From: Mobula hypostoma
Lineage: Eukaryota
DNA: 64,000 nucleotides
NCBI RefSeq assembly: GCF_963921235.1
Contig: NC_086097.1
Span: forward strand, 145,826,001-145,890,000
Direction of reading: 5' to 3'
Both the position numbers and the translations under genes were made by a program. The notes under the pieces were generated by a model. That model saw nothing but the letters and a program-made list of their open reading frames with translations, ran no database searches and was not told where the DNA came from. This document shows, one piece after another, positions 1-12,995 of this stretch; position 1 is the first letter of the stretch; every line of letters begins with the position of its first letter.

Positions 1-109
1 GTTAATTATTTGTCATTTGCCATCTATGTTGCTTGAATTGCAGAGCATGTTCTTTTAATCAGAGCCAATAAAAAAATCAAAGTGTAGCCTTTGTTGTATT
101 GGAGAGAAT

Positions 110-395
110 GCAGCAATCAGTTTGTACCAAGTCGCTTCACAGCAATGACCCTTCTCTTCATACAGGTTTGGTGTCATGGAAATTGTTTGAGTAAATGATG
201 GATGAGTATTGGTTCAGATATTGGGAAATCTCTTGTTATTTTATATAGTGTCAAGAACTCTTTCATATCTACATGAATGGGCAAATTAGGTCTTGTCATT
301 TGACAATGACAGCACAACATTCGCTCAGTTCTGCAGAGTCATTTTAAGTGTCAGCCAAGGTTACATACTCCAGTCTCAGAATGGGGTTTGTATTA
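110..395 (-). mobile_element. Ancient Deu-domain SINE remnant (SacSINE1/AmnSINE-like)
   Basis: Degenerate resemblance to the recalled antisense Deu core (tattgg...atagtgtca...aagtgtcagccaaggttacatactccagtctc). Not aligned to a consensus. Confidence 0.5.
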
Positions 396-424
396 TGGTC
401 TGCACTTCAGCAACTTGCAAAAGC

Positions 425-585
425 AGGATACGCAGCCTTCAAGTACATTTGCAAGCACTGTAAACATGTTTGTTCTGTCTCTACCATGCTTTCAGGTAGA
501 GAGTTCCAGACCTCTACCAATCTTTGGGTGAGAACATTTCCCTTTTCAGTTCTTCTGCCAATTACTTTCCATCTTTGCCCATTGG
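425..585 (-). mobile_element. CR1 LINE ORF2 C-terminal fragment
   Basis: ORF 407..643(-) contains GQRWKV...TQRLVEVWNSLPESMVE, the CR1 ORF2 C-terminal motif. Confidence 0.75.
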
Positions 586-589
586 TTTT

Positions 590-797
590 TGGTGACATGT
601 TCTCAGTATTTTTTTTATTTGCACAATTTGTCTTCTTTTGCACATTGGTAGCTAGTCAGTTTCTGTTTTATGTATAGTTTTTCATAAATTCTATTGTATT
701 TCCTTATTTTCCTGTAAATACCCAAAAGAAAGTGAACTACAAGGAAGTATATGGAAACATATACATATGTATACATACAATAAATTAGACTTTGACT
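590..797 (+). mobile_element. Rex1/Babar-type LINE 3' UTR fragment
   Basis: Same T-rich UTR and aataaa..gactttgac tail as 27800-28020 and 44500-44702. Confidence 0.65.
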
Positions 798-1151
798 GTG
801 AAGGGATTAGTTTAATTTGGATTATATTCTGCACAAACATTATGGGTTTTACGGGCCAGTTCTGTGCCATTCTATGTTCTGTGTCATGTGTCCTGTGTCC
901 TAAACCCAAAAAAAAATAGTCACATCTGAGCTGGTATTTGATTTTAGGCTTATTCACTGCCTTTCAACTGGGCATCCAAATTTTGATTGTGAAACTCATA
1001 AGTTAGCTCATCATAATTCTGTATTAATTAAAATAACTATTTTTACATCAGATATCTCTGTGTATTATGATAGTAAGATAAAGTCCATTTGATGTTCCCA
1101 AGATTTATAAGCCCATTGACTGATGATAACTATTACTTTGTTTTCACACAG

Positions 1152-1182
1152 CAAATATGATGAGCCAGAGGATATCAAACTG
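1152..1182 (+). CDS. Candidate 31-nt micro-exon (xKYDEPEDIKL), host gene unidentified
   Basis: Acceptor tttgttttcacacag|, donor CTG|gtattt, in non-repeat sequence. Too short to prove. Confidence 0.35.
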
Positions 1183-2213
1183 GTATTTGCTCTTTCTGGC
1201 TTGGCTCCATGTAACTTACACATGTCTCACCTATCTTGCTCACACAGGGATCTTACCCTTTGCCCTCACCTATCCTGCTCCCTCTGGTTTTATCCCCAAT
1301 TCCTACCCACCCATTTCACTCTAGTCCTAACTCTTGCCCTCACCTATCCCACTTACTCAGGCTCCCTCTATTCATTGCCCACCCAACTCATTGCTCTGTT
1401 CTGCTCCTTCCAAACTCACATTGGCCAGGCTCCATCCTGGCTGCTCTAACCTGCTTCTCTCCTGCTCACACTGACGTGTCACATTAGTTCTCAGCCCAAC
1501 CTGCTCCATCCTGCTCACTCTTGCCTGCTATTTTCTTACTTGCCATAACTGTTCCAGTTCTGCTTGCATTGCTTTCATTTTGATATGCCCCTATCTATTC
1601 ACTCTGCCCCTATTGTTCTATTGGCCTGTCCCACTGAACCCTCTGGCTGTCTTTGGATTTGAAGCCAATTTTACAAGTTTTTTCTTTAATCTCTTCAGTG
1701 TTTGCAATGTACAGCACTCTGCAGTTTACCAGCCAGGCAGTATCACATTACCAGTCTGTCATATTGCTAATGCCTCAGGCACAGCAGGAGAGGCCAATGG
1801 AGAGGCAGGGAAAAACTATTTATGCAAACTTGGGTTCAATCCAATAACTTTAGGAGGACATTTTTTCAAAATGTTTAATCAATGTTTGGAAAAGAATGTT
1901 ATCATTTATGAAAAGATCTTTTTCACTAAACTCATCAGAACATTTGTCTCCTTGGCACTATTAACTCTAAAAGAAAACTTAGATGTGCCCAATGTTTATA
2001 ATCAAAGGAATGTTGGCTTAAGAAGAAAAGTTTGTATTTCAGTGCATTATTTGGCAAACACTATAATGCATTGGCAATATAAATTTAATTGGAATGTGAC
2101 ATTGTTTCTGTAACAAATAAAAAGTTGAGCCACATAGATCCAGGAGAAATTGGCGAGGAGATTTTCTGCTTTCCTTTTCCTCTAGGTCTATAGTGTACAT
2201 TTCTTATAACATG

Positions 2214-2921
2214 CCTCATCGCCAGATCTAACCAACAGGCACCAAGACCTCGCCTGGCTGGCGGTGAGAGGGGCCCTCCCAGTCAGAGCCCTCCTGTACG
2301 CCCGGAACGTCGTCTCCGCACCCCACTGCCCACGGGAGGACTGCAGTGAGGAGTCTGTGACCCACCTCTTTGCACACTGCCAGTTTGCAAAGAGGGTGTG
2401 GAGGAGGATGGACGGGCTAGTGTCACGGTTTATCCCTAGCAGCTGCGTAACAGAGGACTCTCTGATCTACGGGCTGTTCCCGGGGACGCACACGGAGACC
2501 AACATCCGGTGCTGCTGGCAGATCATCAACTCGGTGAAAGACGCTCTTTGGTCGGCCCGAAACTTGATGATCTACCAGCACATGGAGATGTCCGTAGCAG
2601 CATGCTGCCGACTAGCACATTCTCGGCTGCAGGAGTACGTGCTGAGGGACGCACTGAAACTTGGTGCAGCCACCGCAAGGGCCCGGTGGGGAAGGACCAC
2701 AGTATAGGTTTCTCCACCCGTGGGAGTGGGAGAGGTCGGAGGGCGAGGAGTATACCCCTCAACAATGATAGGGTAAGCTGAACTACTGGAGTGCCACGTG
2801 GGTGGCTATAAATACGGATATGTACTGTGTATAATGGAAACGTATGTAAAGGATGAAAAGTTATTGAATGGTTTATTATATGTATTTATTTTTGAATAAA
2901 GTATATTTTGAAATAAAAAAA
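2214..2921 (+). mobile_element. 5'-truncated Tx1-like (L1 clade) LINE, young
   Basis: Open ORF2 C-terminus with the CCHC/zf-RVT motif (CPREDCSEESVTHLFAHC), stop at 2707, aataaa plus A-tail, perfect 8-bp TSD ATAACATG (2206-2213 / 2922-2929), CpG-rich. Confidence 0.9.
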
Positions 2922-3224
2922 ATAACATGGTGATCCTGTGGCTTTAAATGGTGAATATCACTGCATGCAACATATGAAGCTATCACATTTGATCTAGGAC
3001 CTTTGTTGAATGTGTTAATCTCAACAAGGCTGCTGCATATATGTGTGTCTATGGTTCAGGGTCATAGCCCACTGATTACAGATTGCATGCCAGTGGTACC
3101 TTCAGAAACTATATATGTGATGATCAAGGGAGAACAGCCTTATCAAAGGCTGTGCAGTGTTGGGTACAAAGAGATCTAGGAATCATGTAAGTTTGCAATG
3201 CAGACATAGTTAGTAAGTAGGAAG

Positions 3225-3990
3225 GTTAAAGGAATAGACTCACTGGATGTAAAGAGTCCTCCAGATGGTTACCTGTGACTAGGAGAGTTCTGCAGGGGTC
3301 AGTGTGGGCACTGCAACATTTCACTTTGCACATTAATGAATTGGATGACAAAATTGATGGCATTGTGGCAAGATATGCAGATACCAGGATAGGTGGGGGA
3401 AAAGTTAGTGGAGTCTGCAGAAGGTCTTGGACAACAAAGTGACACCATAGGGAAACAGCGTTGGGAAGTGTGGCATGCTCTTCGTGAAGGAATAAAGGCA
3501 TAAGCTATTTCCTAAATGGGGGAAAAATTTAGAAATCAGATACGCAAAGTAACTTCAAATTCAGGATTCCTTCAAGGTTAACTTGCAGGTTGCATCAGTA
3601 AGAAGATGACAATGCAATGTTAGCATTCAGTTCAACAGGATGAGAATATGCAGGCAAAGATGTATACTACTAAAAGGTTTTATAAGGCCTTGGCCAGTCC
3701 TCATTTGGAATATTGTGAACAACTTTGGACTCAGTAACTAAGGAAGGATGTACTCTCACTGGAGAGGGTTCTGAGGAGGTTCACAAGAATGACCTCAGGA
3801 ACATATGAAGAGCCCCTGGGCCTGTACTTGATGGGGTTCAGAAGAATGACGGGTCTGGTATCTCACTGAAACCTATGGATACTGAAAGGCTTGGATAGAA
3901 TGGACATGGAGGGAGTGTTTCCATTAAGATGCAAGGTCATAGCCTCAGAACAAATGGTTTTCTTTTTAAAACCGAGATGAGGAGGAAGAT
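3225..3990 (+). mobile_element. Decayed CR1 LINE RT/C-terminal fragment
   Basis: Degenerate VTSGVPQGSVL / INELDD / FADDTK-type motifs and RPHLEYC-like region, with frameshifts. Confidence 0.8.
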
Positions 3991-4298
3991 CTCCCATTGC
4001 CGCTTCTCTGTCTCCTGCAACTACCTCTTTGCTGTCCTAGTCTCAGGAACTTTGCCTTTTAGTCTCTGCCTGTATGTGGGTAAAAGGACAGTCACGTGAT
4101 TTGATTTACTGAAATGCGGTCTGGGCATGGAATGGTCTTACATCTTACAGTCTTATGGAAAAGGGGAGTGGTGAGAAAGGACTGAGGCAATTAGTGGAGT
4201 GAGGAGGGATGTAACATGACAGGCAGGCAATGACAGGTAGGGAAATTGAGCAGGGATGCAGCTCAGAGACCAAAGCACGTGATAGGTGGAGGCAGACA

Positions 4299-4976
4299 AA
4301 GTTCAAAGTTGAATGTAAATTTATTATCAAAGTACATATATATCACCATATATAACCCTGAGATTTGTTTTCTTGTGGGCATCCTCAATAAATCCAATTA
4401 TCATAATAGAATTAATGCAAGACCTCACCAACAGGGTGAACAATGAACATGCAAAAAACAACAAACTATGCAATTACATAAAGAAAGAGAAAAAAAGAAA
4501 TAATGACAGAAATAAATAAATAAACAAACAAGCAAGCAATAAATATCAAAAGCATGAGTCCTTGAAAGTGAATCCATTGGTTTTGGGAACAGTTCAGCAA
4601 TGGGTCAGATGAACATGAGTGAAGTTATCCTCTTTGGTTTGAGAGCCTGACGGCAGCAGAGAGACGAGGGCATGTCCTAGTTGGTGGGAGTCCTTGATGA
4701 AGGATGCCACTTTCCTGCAGCAACATTTTGTGCAGTTGTTTGGGAGGGCTTCACCCATTATGGACCGGGCCATATCCAATATTTTGTGTCAGATTTTCCC
4801 TTAAGAGGCTTTAGTGTTTCCATACCAGGCTGTGATGCAGGCAGTCAATATGCTCTTCACCGTTTCTATAGAAGTTTGTCAAAGTTTTAGATGTCATGCC
4901 GAATCTTTGCAAACTTCTAAGGAAGTAGAGGTGTTGCTGTTCTTCGTAACTTCACTTATGTGCTGGGCCCAGGACA
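4299..4976 (-). mobile_element. Rex1/Babar LINE 3' fragment
   Basis: Antisense tail (aagttcaaag...tttattatcaaagtac) and ORF 4594..4779(-) with IKDSHQLGHALVSLLPSG. Confidence 0.8.
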
Positions 4977-4979
4977 GGA

Positions 4980-5385
4980 GGACAAAGGGAAAATATAGGT
5001 GGTGCAAGGTGGGGGTGGGGAGGGGTGTGTGAAGATAGGAGACAGCTACTGAAGGGAGATAAACAGGAATGCAAAGCACCACCTGTGCTAGATCCTGATA
5101 AGTAAAGGAGGTGAGAATTGGAGCAATATGAGTGGAAGGGAATGTTAGTTGAACCGTATGGGGATGGGTATGGAGCCCCGTCAAGTGGGTGGATAGAATC
5201 ATGAGGGCGAGGGGTGTCAAATGGGGGCAGGGAGGTGTGTTGGAAAGGGGGCAAAAATGGGAGGACTGGAGGAGGATCTGGAGAGGGAGAGGGAGGGAAA
5301 GGTGAATGGAAGGTGGGAAAGAAAGGAGATTATCTAAAATTGAAAAACATAATATTCATGCTATTGGATTGTAAACTTCCAAGTT
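4980..5385 (-). mobile_element. Penelope-like 3' fragment (GIY-YIG C-terminal end plus pyrimidine-rich spacer on minus strand)
   Basis: 5330-5383 resembles the reverse complement of the ORF end at 26465-26520. The purine-rich tract mirrors 26525-26810. Confidence 0.5.
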
Positions 5386-5699
5386 GGACCTTCTCTCCCG
5401 TAATGCCATGCTACAGTCTCCATCATGGTTGTGGCTCAGATTTAGTTTTTTTAGTTGTATTTTGGGAATGGAGTGGTGAGTTAGGGGTCAGTTTAGCGTT
5501 TAGGTTCAGGAATATGTGGGGCATTACAGGTCAGACTGGAGTCTAAGCTTCCACTCTGTTTTTAAGGGCCAGTGATGTGGATATTGTGTATCTGTGATTG
5601 GATGTCAGGCTGGCAACCCAGAAAGGATATGGGCTGGTGCCCCCCCACACCCCCCCCCACAGGTCAGTGAATCATTGGCAGCTTCAGGAGTTGAAGATC

Positions 5700-8330
5700 C
5701 ATGTGGGTAGGAGGAACAAGGTCCAATGACCCCCTGGGTTCACAAATTGGTGAGACCAAAGCTCGAGGCCTAGTGTACAGGGTCCTGTCATTGGCAAGTC
5801 CAGACTTTGAAGCCTATGGGTCAATGCCAAGGACTGAGGATTGAAGGTCAAATCAGAAGTTCAGAAGTTGAGGCCCATTGGCTAGAGCCTAAATCTGCAA
5901 ATCTCTTCAAGTCCACTGGTGAGGATGAAAGTCCAATTTCTGCTAGTCCCACTCTTGAGTCCACTGGAGGCTGGAGGCTGGAGGCTGAAGGCACCCTGTC
6001 TGGGGATTGGATAACTGTGTATCTATTTGGGTGGGAGGGACGTACAGGGCTTATTTTGCTGTTGTTGTTTTGTTGCTTGTTGCTGTGTTATATTCTGCTG
6101 AGCACTTTGGGTGTTGAGTCTGTGCACGGTTACATATCAAGTAAATAAAAGCACGCACACGGGAGATGGCTTTAACTGGTGTATTCACATTGCAGCAAGA
6201 AAGAGAGTGAAGAATGAGCGTGCATAGACAACAGCGCACGTGCAGACAACAGATCAATATGTAGTGCTAAGGGGGGGGGGTCATTTCTCTAAAAAAAAGA
6301 TCCTTACATTACACTTCCTCCCCCTTTAGATTAATATAACATAAAACTGTACATGTACAAAGCATTACATTTTCCTTTCATAAACCTTAATTCCAAATAA
6401 ACATGCTTTCACAAAAACAATCCATAACTAACTTCACAGTTCTAAAGGATCATTTTTTTTGGGTGGTGCTCTGTTTCTTTTGGGATAGCGCCTCTGGACC
6501 TGTGGAGTGGTATCAGGTTTGGAGGGTGTCTTGTCTAAGACAACATTCTTGGTTTCTGGTGTCACTTTGCTGTCTGTGACATCCTCACTGAGGGGTAAGT
6601 CCGGTGACTACAGTGTGTCTGCCTTGTTGGATACGGTTGATTTAGGCGTGTTCTTCGGCTGAGCATCCAGTATCTGATCCACATGACGTCTCCATGTCTC
6701 ATCTCCAACATCCACTGTGTACATCAGTGGTCCAGTTCTTGAAACTATCTGACCAGGTGTCCACTTGTCTTCACAATAATCACGCCCTAGAACTTCCTGT
6801 CCAATCTCGAAGCTCCCTGCTGCTTCACTTGGCAACTGGCTGAACTGTTTATTCTGCACTTCTGGTTTCAGGAGGTCTATGCGAGATCTCAGACTCCTGT
6901 TCATGATCAGCATTGCAGGTGTTTGTTTTGTTGTTGCATGAACAGAGATCTGATACACAAAAAGGAAAATATCCACCTTGTGCAGCAGAGAAATGTCCTC
7001 CTTGTAAATCCATTGTGATCCAGATGACTTCGTGATCTGCTTCAGTTACACTATGTGGTTCTAGGCATGATAATTCACCTTTGTCAGACCCCATGATGTC
7101 TGATTCTGTTTTACATTCAGTAATCTTATGCATTTTCTTAGTTTTGTGTTTGAGACATTTCACTTGGCTGTGTTTTTTGTTGCATTGCACACTTGCTCTA
7201 TGTGACCTTGTTTGTGACACTTTCTGCAGACATTTTCTTTGAACCAACAGTTATTTGCATCATGAGAGAATTTCACACATTGATGATATATTTGCACCAA
7301 TCAGGGACATTTTTTCCCATTTCACATTCTTACCTCCTTTTCTGCAGTTCTGCTGCATCCTTTGCTGCAGTCTCTAAGATATTGCAATGCTCAGTGTCTG
7401 TTCTAAGGTTAGGCCTCTTTTGGACAGTAGCCTCTTTTGAGTGGTTTGACCATGCATGCCACATACAAACCTGTTCCTTAATGGATCGCAATGTCCATCT
7501 CTAAAGTCACAGTACTGGGAAAGTTTGCGCAGTTCTGCAATGTATTCAGAAAGGCTTTGGTCTTTTGACTGGTTCCTTCTGTAAAATCTAAATCTCTCAG
7601 CTATTACCTGTGGTTTAGGACTCAAGTGATTTTGTAAAATAGTATCAATTTAATCGAAGGTCTTGCTTGCTGGCTTTTCAGGGGTTACTATGTTGCGTAA
7701 GATACTGTATATCCTTGCATCCATTAAACTTTCTTTCACTCCTCCACGTTGTTCATGTTACAGTACAGTTCAACCCTCTTGACATATGACTCCCAGCCCT
7801 CATTAGCGCTATCAAATTCATCAACTTTCCCGACTGAAGCCATCACCACGTTATTTTCACTTTAAATTTAGCACATCTTTCGCGGTTATTCAAGTGTTCG
7901 TGATGGCCTTCTCTGTACTGTTTAACTCTCGTTGTTTCGTCCCGTAACTGTCGGTGCTGTTCTCTGACGTTCAGGTTCATACTCGTCACCAATTTTTTGT
8001 GTCGGAGCACAACTACTATTAATTAAATAAAAGCACACACAGGGGAGATGGCTTTAACTGGTGTACTCACAATGCAGCAAGAGAGAGAACAATGCGCATG
8101 TGTAGACAACAGTGCATGCGCAGACAATGGATCAATACGTAGTGCTAAGGGGGGGTGGGGGGAGAGTCATTGCTCTAAAAGAAATTGATCCATACAATAC
8201 AGTGAGCATGCTATGTTGATGCTGAAATGCTGCGGGCTGTCCCCAGCACACTCTCGGGTGTGTTAGTGATAATGAAAAGGACACATTTCACTGTTTGTTT
8301 CGACGTAGGTGTGATAAATTCATTTGAATT
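5700..8330 (+). mobile_element. Non-autonomous retroposon split by a Gypsy insertion (pieces ~5700-6111 and 8202-8330)
   Basis: Sequence is continuous across the insertion (ctgagcact|gtgagcatgctatg). Its 3' tail resembles the tail of the SINE at 57860-58190. Confidence 0.5.
6112..8201 (-). mobile_element. Internally deleted Gypsy (Mag-like) LTR retrotransposon, copy A
   Basis: LTRs 6112-6313 and ~7995-8201; polypurine tract 6314-6328(-); PBS tggtgacgagtat (tRNA-Ser-like) 7979-7991(-); gag IAERFRFYRRNQ..YIAELRKL..RFVCG; integrase C-terminus KWTPGQIV..GPLMYTVDV..WRRHVDQI; degenerate 5-bp TSD ttggg/gtgag. Confidence 0.9.
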
Positions 8331-8384
8331 TTTTTTATTGGAATATGAAGTGATATTCCTCCAGTCTGTGCCAGGATGAAGCCC

Positions 8385-8690
8385 AACATAGAACATAGAA
8401 CATAGAAATCTACTACCTACCTATGGTCTTAAAAGACCATATTGTATCTGCCTCTACCACTCTCACTGGCAGTACGTTCCACACACCCACCACTCTCTGT
8501 GTGAAAAACCTACCCCTAACAACCCCTCTGTACCTAATTCCAAGCACCTTAAAACTGTGCCCTCTCGTGTTAGACATTTCAGCCCTGGTAAAAAGCCACT
8601 GGCTATCCACATGGTCAATGCCTCTCGTCATCTTATACACCTCTCTCAGCCACCTTTCATCCTCCGTTGCTCTGAGGAGAAAAGGCCAAC
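8385..8690 (-). mobile_element. CR1 LINE 3' end
   Basis: (aacatag)n tail; ORF 8413..8718(-) TRGHSFKV..RFFTQRVVGVWNVLP. Confidence 0.85.
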
Positions 8691-8849
8691 ATAATGAACT
8701 ATTGTTATGTTGGCACACAGCAAATAAGATGGGTCACATAAAATTTTGGACTTCTTAAAGAAGTATACATGTTTATCAGAGGCAGTGTTAAAAAAGTGAT
8801 TATTGGATTGACTACAGCGATAAAGGGTTCGATAATGAAAGAAGGCTGA

Positions 8850-9235
8850 GCCAATACCTGTTGAAATTCATGAGAATAAAGAGGTAATCTTGTATAAAAT
8901 TCTGAAGGGGATTTACAAGCTGGATGTTGAGAAGATGTTCCTCATTGAGCAATACAAGAGAGAATCAATTCAGAATAATAAACTGACAATTTAGAACAGG
9001 AATTTATTCTGTCAAAGGGTTTTGACTTTTTGGAATTCTCTGCTCCACAGAGGCAGAATCACTGATGCAATTCATGAAGATGATTGATTATAATTTCAAC
9101 AATGAGGTAGTCAGACTGCATGAGGAGAAAGTGGGAAAGCGGTATTGAAAACGAGATCGTGTCTGCTGTGATCCTGTTGACTGATGGAGCAGGCCTAAGG
9201 GGCTGCTTAGTCTTGTCCCACCTCTTTTTCTCATG
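8850..9235 (+). mobile_element. Old CR1 LINE 3' end
   Basis: Degenerate ORF2 end (tggaattctctgc..) and 3' UTR ctgttgactgatggagcaggcctaagggg. Confidence 0.65.
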
Positions 9236-10551
9236 CTCCTGAAACTGAGCCACCTGCTGATACTCACATCCTTGGGAATAAAAAGCAATTAGGTAGCAAT
9301 AATCTATAGAAGGCAAGGGGTTGGGGCTCTTAAGCACAATTAGAGGTGAAATAAACCATCTTGAGACTGATCTGGAAAATGCTCCATCCAGCATGATGAC
9401 AATGAATTCTAAGTGTAGGTTAGTTAAAGTTGTGAAGGAACAATAGGGGCAAAGCAATTGAATTTACAGTCCTTGCGGTAGGAATACTTCCACCTAGAAT
9501 AAATCAGCAGATTGGTATAATCTTGACCTTTTGCTGCTAACCTTCAAATAGATTGAATAATTTTAAGGATGGATTATTTTCACTCCACACAGGGATAGAG
9601 AGGAATTAAATTTTATTTATTTTAAAGGTGGGTGTTAAAGAACAAATAAGGAGACAAGCAGCCGGTGGGTTACAGCAAACAACGGAATTGTGCATTATTG
9701 TCCTTGAGTGATACTACGCAGAAGCAGAACCATCAAACACTACATTCTGCTAATAATGTATTCTCCCCACATTCTTAGATACTGCTCTCAGATTCTACCA
9801 CTACTGTTTCATACACCCACAGCAGGATCAACTAACCTGCAAGTGTTTGAGATGTGGGAGGAAACCAGAGCACCCAGAGGCACTCAAAGAGATAGTGTAC
9901 AAGATCCACATATACAGTACCAGAGGTCAGATCTCTCAATAAGAATCAGAATCAGGTTTATTATCACTAATAATGCATCGTGAAATTTGTTAACTTAGCG
10001 GCAGCAGTTCAATACAATACATGATAATAAAGAAAGAAAAGAAGTAAGTAAATAAATTACAGTAAATATATGTATTTTGAATAGATTAAAAATAGTGTAA
10101 AAACAGAAATGATATATATTAAAAAAAAGTGAGGTAGTGTTTATGGGTTCAATGTCCATTTAGGAATCGTATGGCAGAGGGGAAGAAGCTGTTCCTGAAT
10201 CGCTGAGTGTGTGCCTTCAGTCTCCTGTATCTCCTTCCTGACAGTAGCAATGAGAAGAGGGCATGTCTTGGGCAGTGGGGGTCCTTAGTGATGGACACCG
10301 GCTTTCTGAGGCATCACTCCTTGAAGATGTCTTTGATACTACAGAGGCGAGTACTCAAAGATGGGGCTGATTAATTTTACAACTTTCTGTAGCTTCTTCC
10401 GATCCTATGTAGTAGCTCCCCCCTCCCTCCCTCCAGTGACGCAGCCTGTCAGAATACTCTCCACAGTACATCTGTAGAAGTTTTTGAATATTTTAGGTGA
10501 CAAACCAAATCTCTTCAAACTACTAATGAAGTATAGTCACTGTCTTGCCTT

Positions 10552-12995
10552 GCTTTGAGATCACTGAGGAGCGCAGAACGCAACTACGCACAGATTGACT
10601 AAGAGGTCCTTAGTCTAGTACGGGGAATAAAGAAGTTCTACCACTGCCTCTATGGACAAAAGTTTACACTAGTGACAGATCACCAACCCCTTGTGTCCAT
10701 TTTCAATCCCAGGAAGGGAATTCCACTGATGACTGCTACCCGATTACAATGTCAAGCACTTTTTCTAGGAGCCCACTCTTAGGACGTAGAGTTCAAGGGT
10801 ACCAAGCAACACAGCAATGCTGAATGCTTGTCATGTCTTCCAATATTGATAACTGAAGAAAAGTCTTCATACTGTGATGCAGCAGAAGATTTTCACACCG
10901 CATTGGTGGTCCAGTTGCCAGTAACAAATTCCAAAATGCAAAGGAGACCAAGGAATGACCCAACATTGTCAAAAGTCTGTGAAATCACGATGCAATTATG
11001 GCTTGCTGATGGCAACCCTATGTTCCCAGAGTTCTCGTTGAAATGAGACCAACTGTTGCTTTGTTAAAGAATGCTGATGTGGAAATCTGATTCATATTTA
11101 AGTATGGATCATTGGAATAATGAAATGGCTAGTTCTATTCCACTTGAAAAAATTACTTATAATTTAAGAGATAATTATGTAACATTCTTGAATATTTGGC
11201 GCCCTTATTTACAAAAGATAGGATGTCATATTTAAGTGCTCCGACAAAGAATTTGGTTACTTGGGGAAAGTAACGAATAATTATACCAAATTTATTTTGA
11301 ATCCCATGGAGCATGTGGAAACCTTCCAATACCCAGGCGGCTCTTTTTTTTTTCTTTCTTTCTTTTAGGTAGGACTATATATGGGGGGGGGAGGGTTAAG
11401 GGGAGGGGGGGTAGATTTTATCTTTTCATGTATTCTTTTGAAAATGTAATAAAAATTATATAAAAAAAAGAATGCTGATGTGTGGATCTTGTGTTGTGGT
11501 TCCCCCTAAACTGTGCATTAGAGTGTTAGAAAATCGGCTTGAAGGATACCAGGGCAGTCAAGGTGAAGAGTCTCGCCTGGAGCTATGTGTGGTGACCGGG
11601 AATAGATTGACAGATTGAAGACTTGGCCAAAAGGTATTTGGGATGCAAAAAGTTCAAAATATACCCCCACAGGCACTGTTACACCAGTGGGAGTGGCCCT
11701 TGTTACCATGGCAAAGTGTGCGTATTGACTTTGCTGGGTCATTCATGGACTCCATATTTCTGATTGCTGTGGATGTTCATTCAAAATGACTAGAGGTTAC
11801 ACCAATGAAGTCAACTACCTCAACAAAGACTGTCTCTGCCCTGAGGACTATCCTCACCAAAAATGGCTTACCAGAACAAATTATGAGTGACAACGGACCA
11901 CAATACACACCAGAAGAATTCCGATTGTTCATGAAGAAAAATGGCATCATACATTTCAAGTCAGCTCCTTACCACCAAGCAATGAATGGGTTAGCTGAAA
12001 GGTTTATCCAAACCTTCAAGAAATCCATTAAAGCAATGGACAAGGAGGATATTTCTCTATAGCATAAGGTGTAAAACTTCCTTTTTGTGTATCAGAACTC
12101 TGTTTATGCAATGACAGATCAGACACTTGCAATGCTGTTCATGAACAGGAATCTGAGATCTCGGATAGACCTCCTGAAACCAGATCTACGGAGGGAAGTG
12201 CAGAATAAACAGTTCAGCCAGTTGCCAAGTGGAGCAGGAAGGAGCTTCGTGATTGGACAGGAAGTTCTAGTCTGTGATTGCCGAGAAGACAAGTGGACAC
12301 CCAGTAGGATAGCTACAAGAACTGGACCACTGATGTACACAGTGGATGTTGGAGATTAGACATGGAGACATTGTGTGGACCAGATACCGGATGCTCAAAC
12401 AAAGTCGACTGCATCAAACAAGACACACACATTACAGTCACCGGACTTACCTCTCAGTGATGATGTAATTGACAGCAACGTTTCACCAGAAACTGAGAAT
12501 GTTGTCTTGTACAAGATACTATGATGTCACTCTACAGGTCCAGAGGCATGACGAGAACGTTATCATAGACAAGCCGACTGCAACACCTGATGCCACTCTA
12601 CAGGTCCCGAGGTGCTATCTTGAAAGAAACCGAGCACCCCCCTCCAAAAGACTGAACCTTTAGAACTGTGAAGTTAGTTATGGACTGTTATTGTGAAAGG
12701 ATGTTTATTTGGATTATAGGTTCATGAAAGGGATATTGAATGTTTTGTACATATACAGTTTTATGTTGCATTAATCTAAAGGGGAAGGAAGTGTAATGTA
12801 TGGATCTATTACTTTTAGAGCAATGACCACCCCCCCCAACACTATGTATTGATCTGTTGTCTGTGCATATGCTGCTGTCTACACATGCATATTGTTCTCT
12901 CTCTCACTGATTACAATGTGAATGCATCAGTTAAGGCCATCTCCCAATGTGCATGGTTTTATTTAATTGATACATAGTTGTGCACAGACACAACA
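10552..12995 (+). mobile_element. 5'-truncated Gypsy (Mag-like) element, copy B: RNase H, integrase, PPT and 3' LTR
   Basis: RNase H AERNYAQI..GIKKF..FTLVTDHQPL; integrase GLPEQIMSDNGPQY..SAPYHQAMNGLAERFIQTFK; PPT 12778-12791; LTR 12792-12995 (TG..CA), homologous to the copy A LTRs. Confidence 0.92.
11082..11466 (+). mobile_element. 5'-truncated L1 LINE inserted in the Gypsy integrase region
   Basis: ORF2 end WKSDSYLSMDHWNNEMASSIPLEKITYNLRDNYVTFLNIWRPYLQKIGCHI*; T-tract and G-tract in the UTR; aataaa plus A-tail; perfect 16-bp TSD AAAGAATGCTGATGTG (11066-11081 / 11467-11482) at a TT|AAAG site. Confidence 0.9.

Noticed and set aside
151..190. Small exon after cttctcttcatacag
   Set aside because: Lies inside the decayed Deu-type SINE and has a weak donor.
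1123..1560. Pro/Leu/His-rich ORFs
   Set aside because: Pyrimidine-rich low-complexity tract (cctgctc-like units) that is stop-poor by composition.
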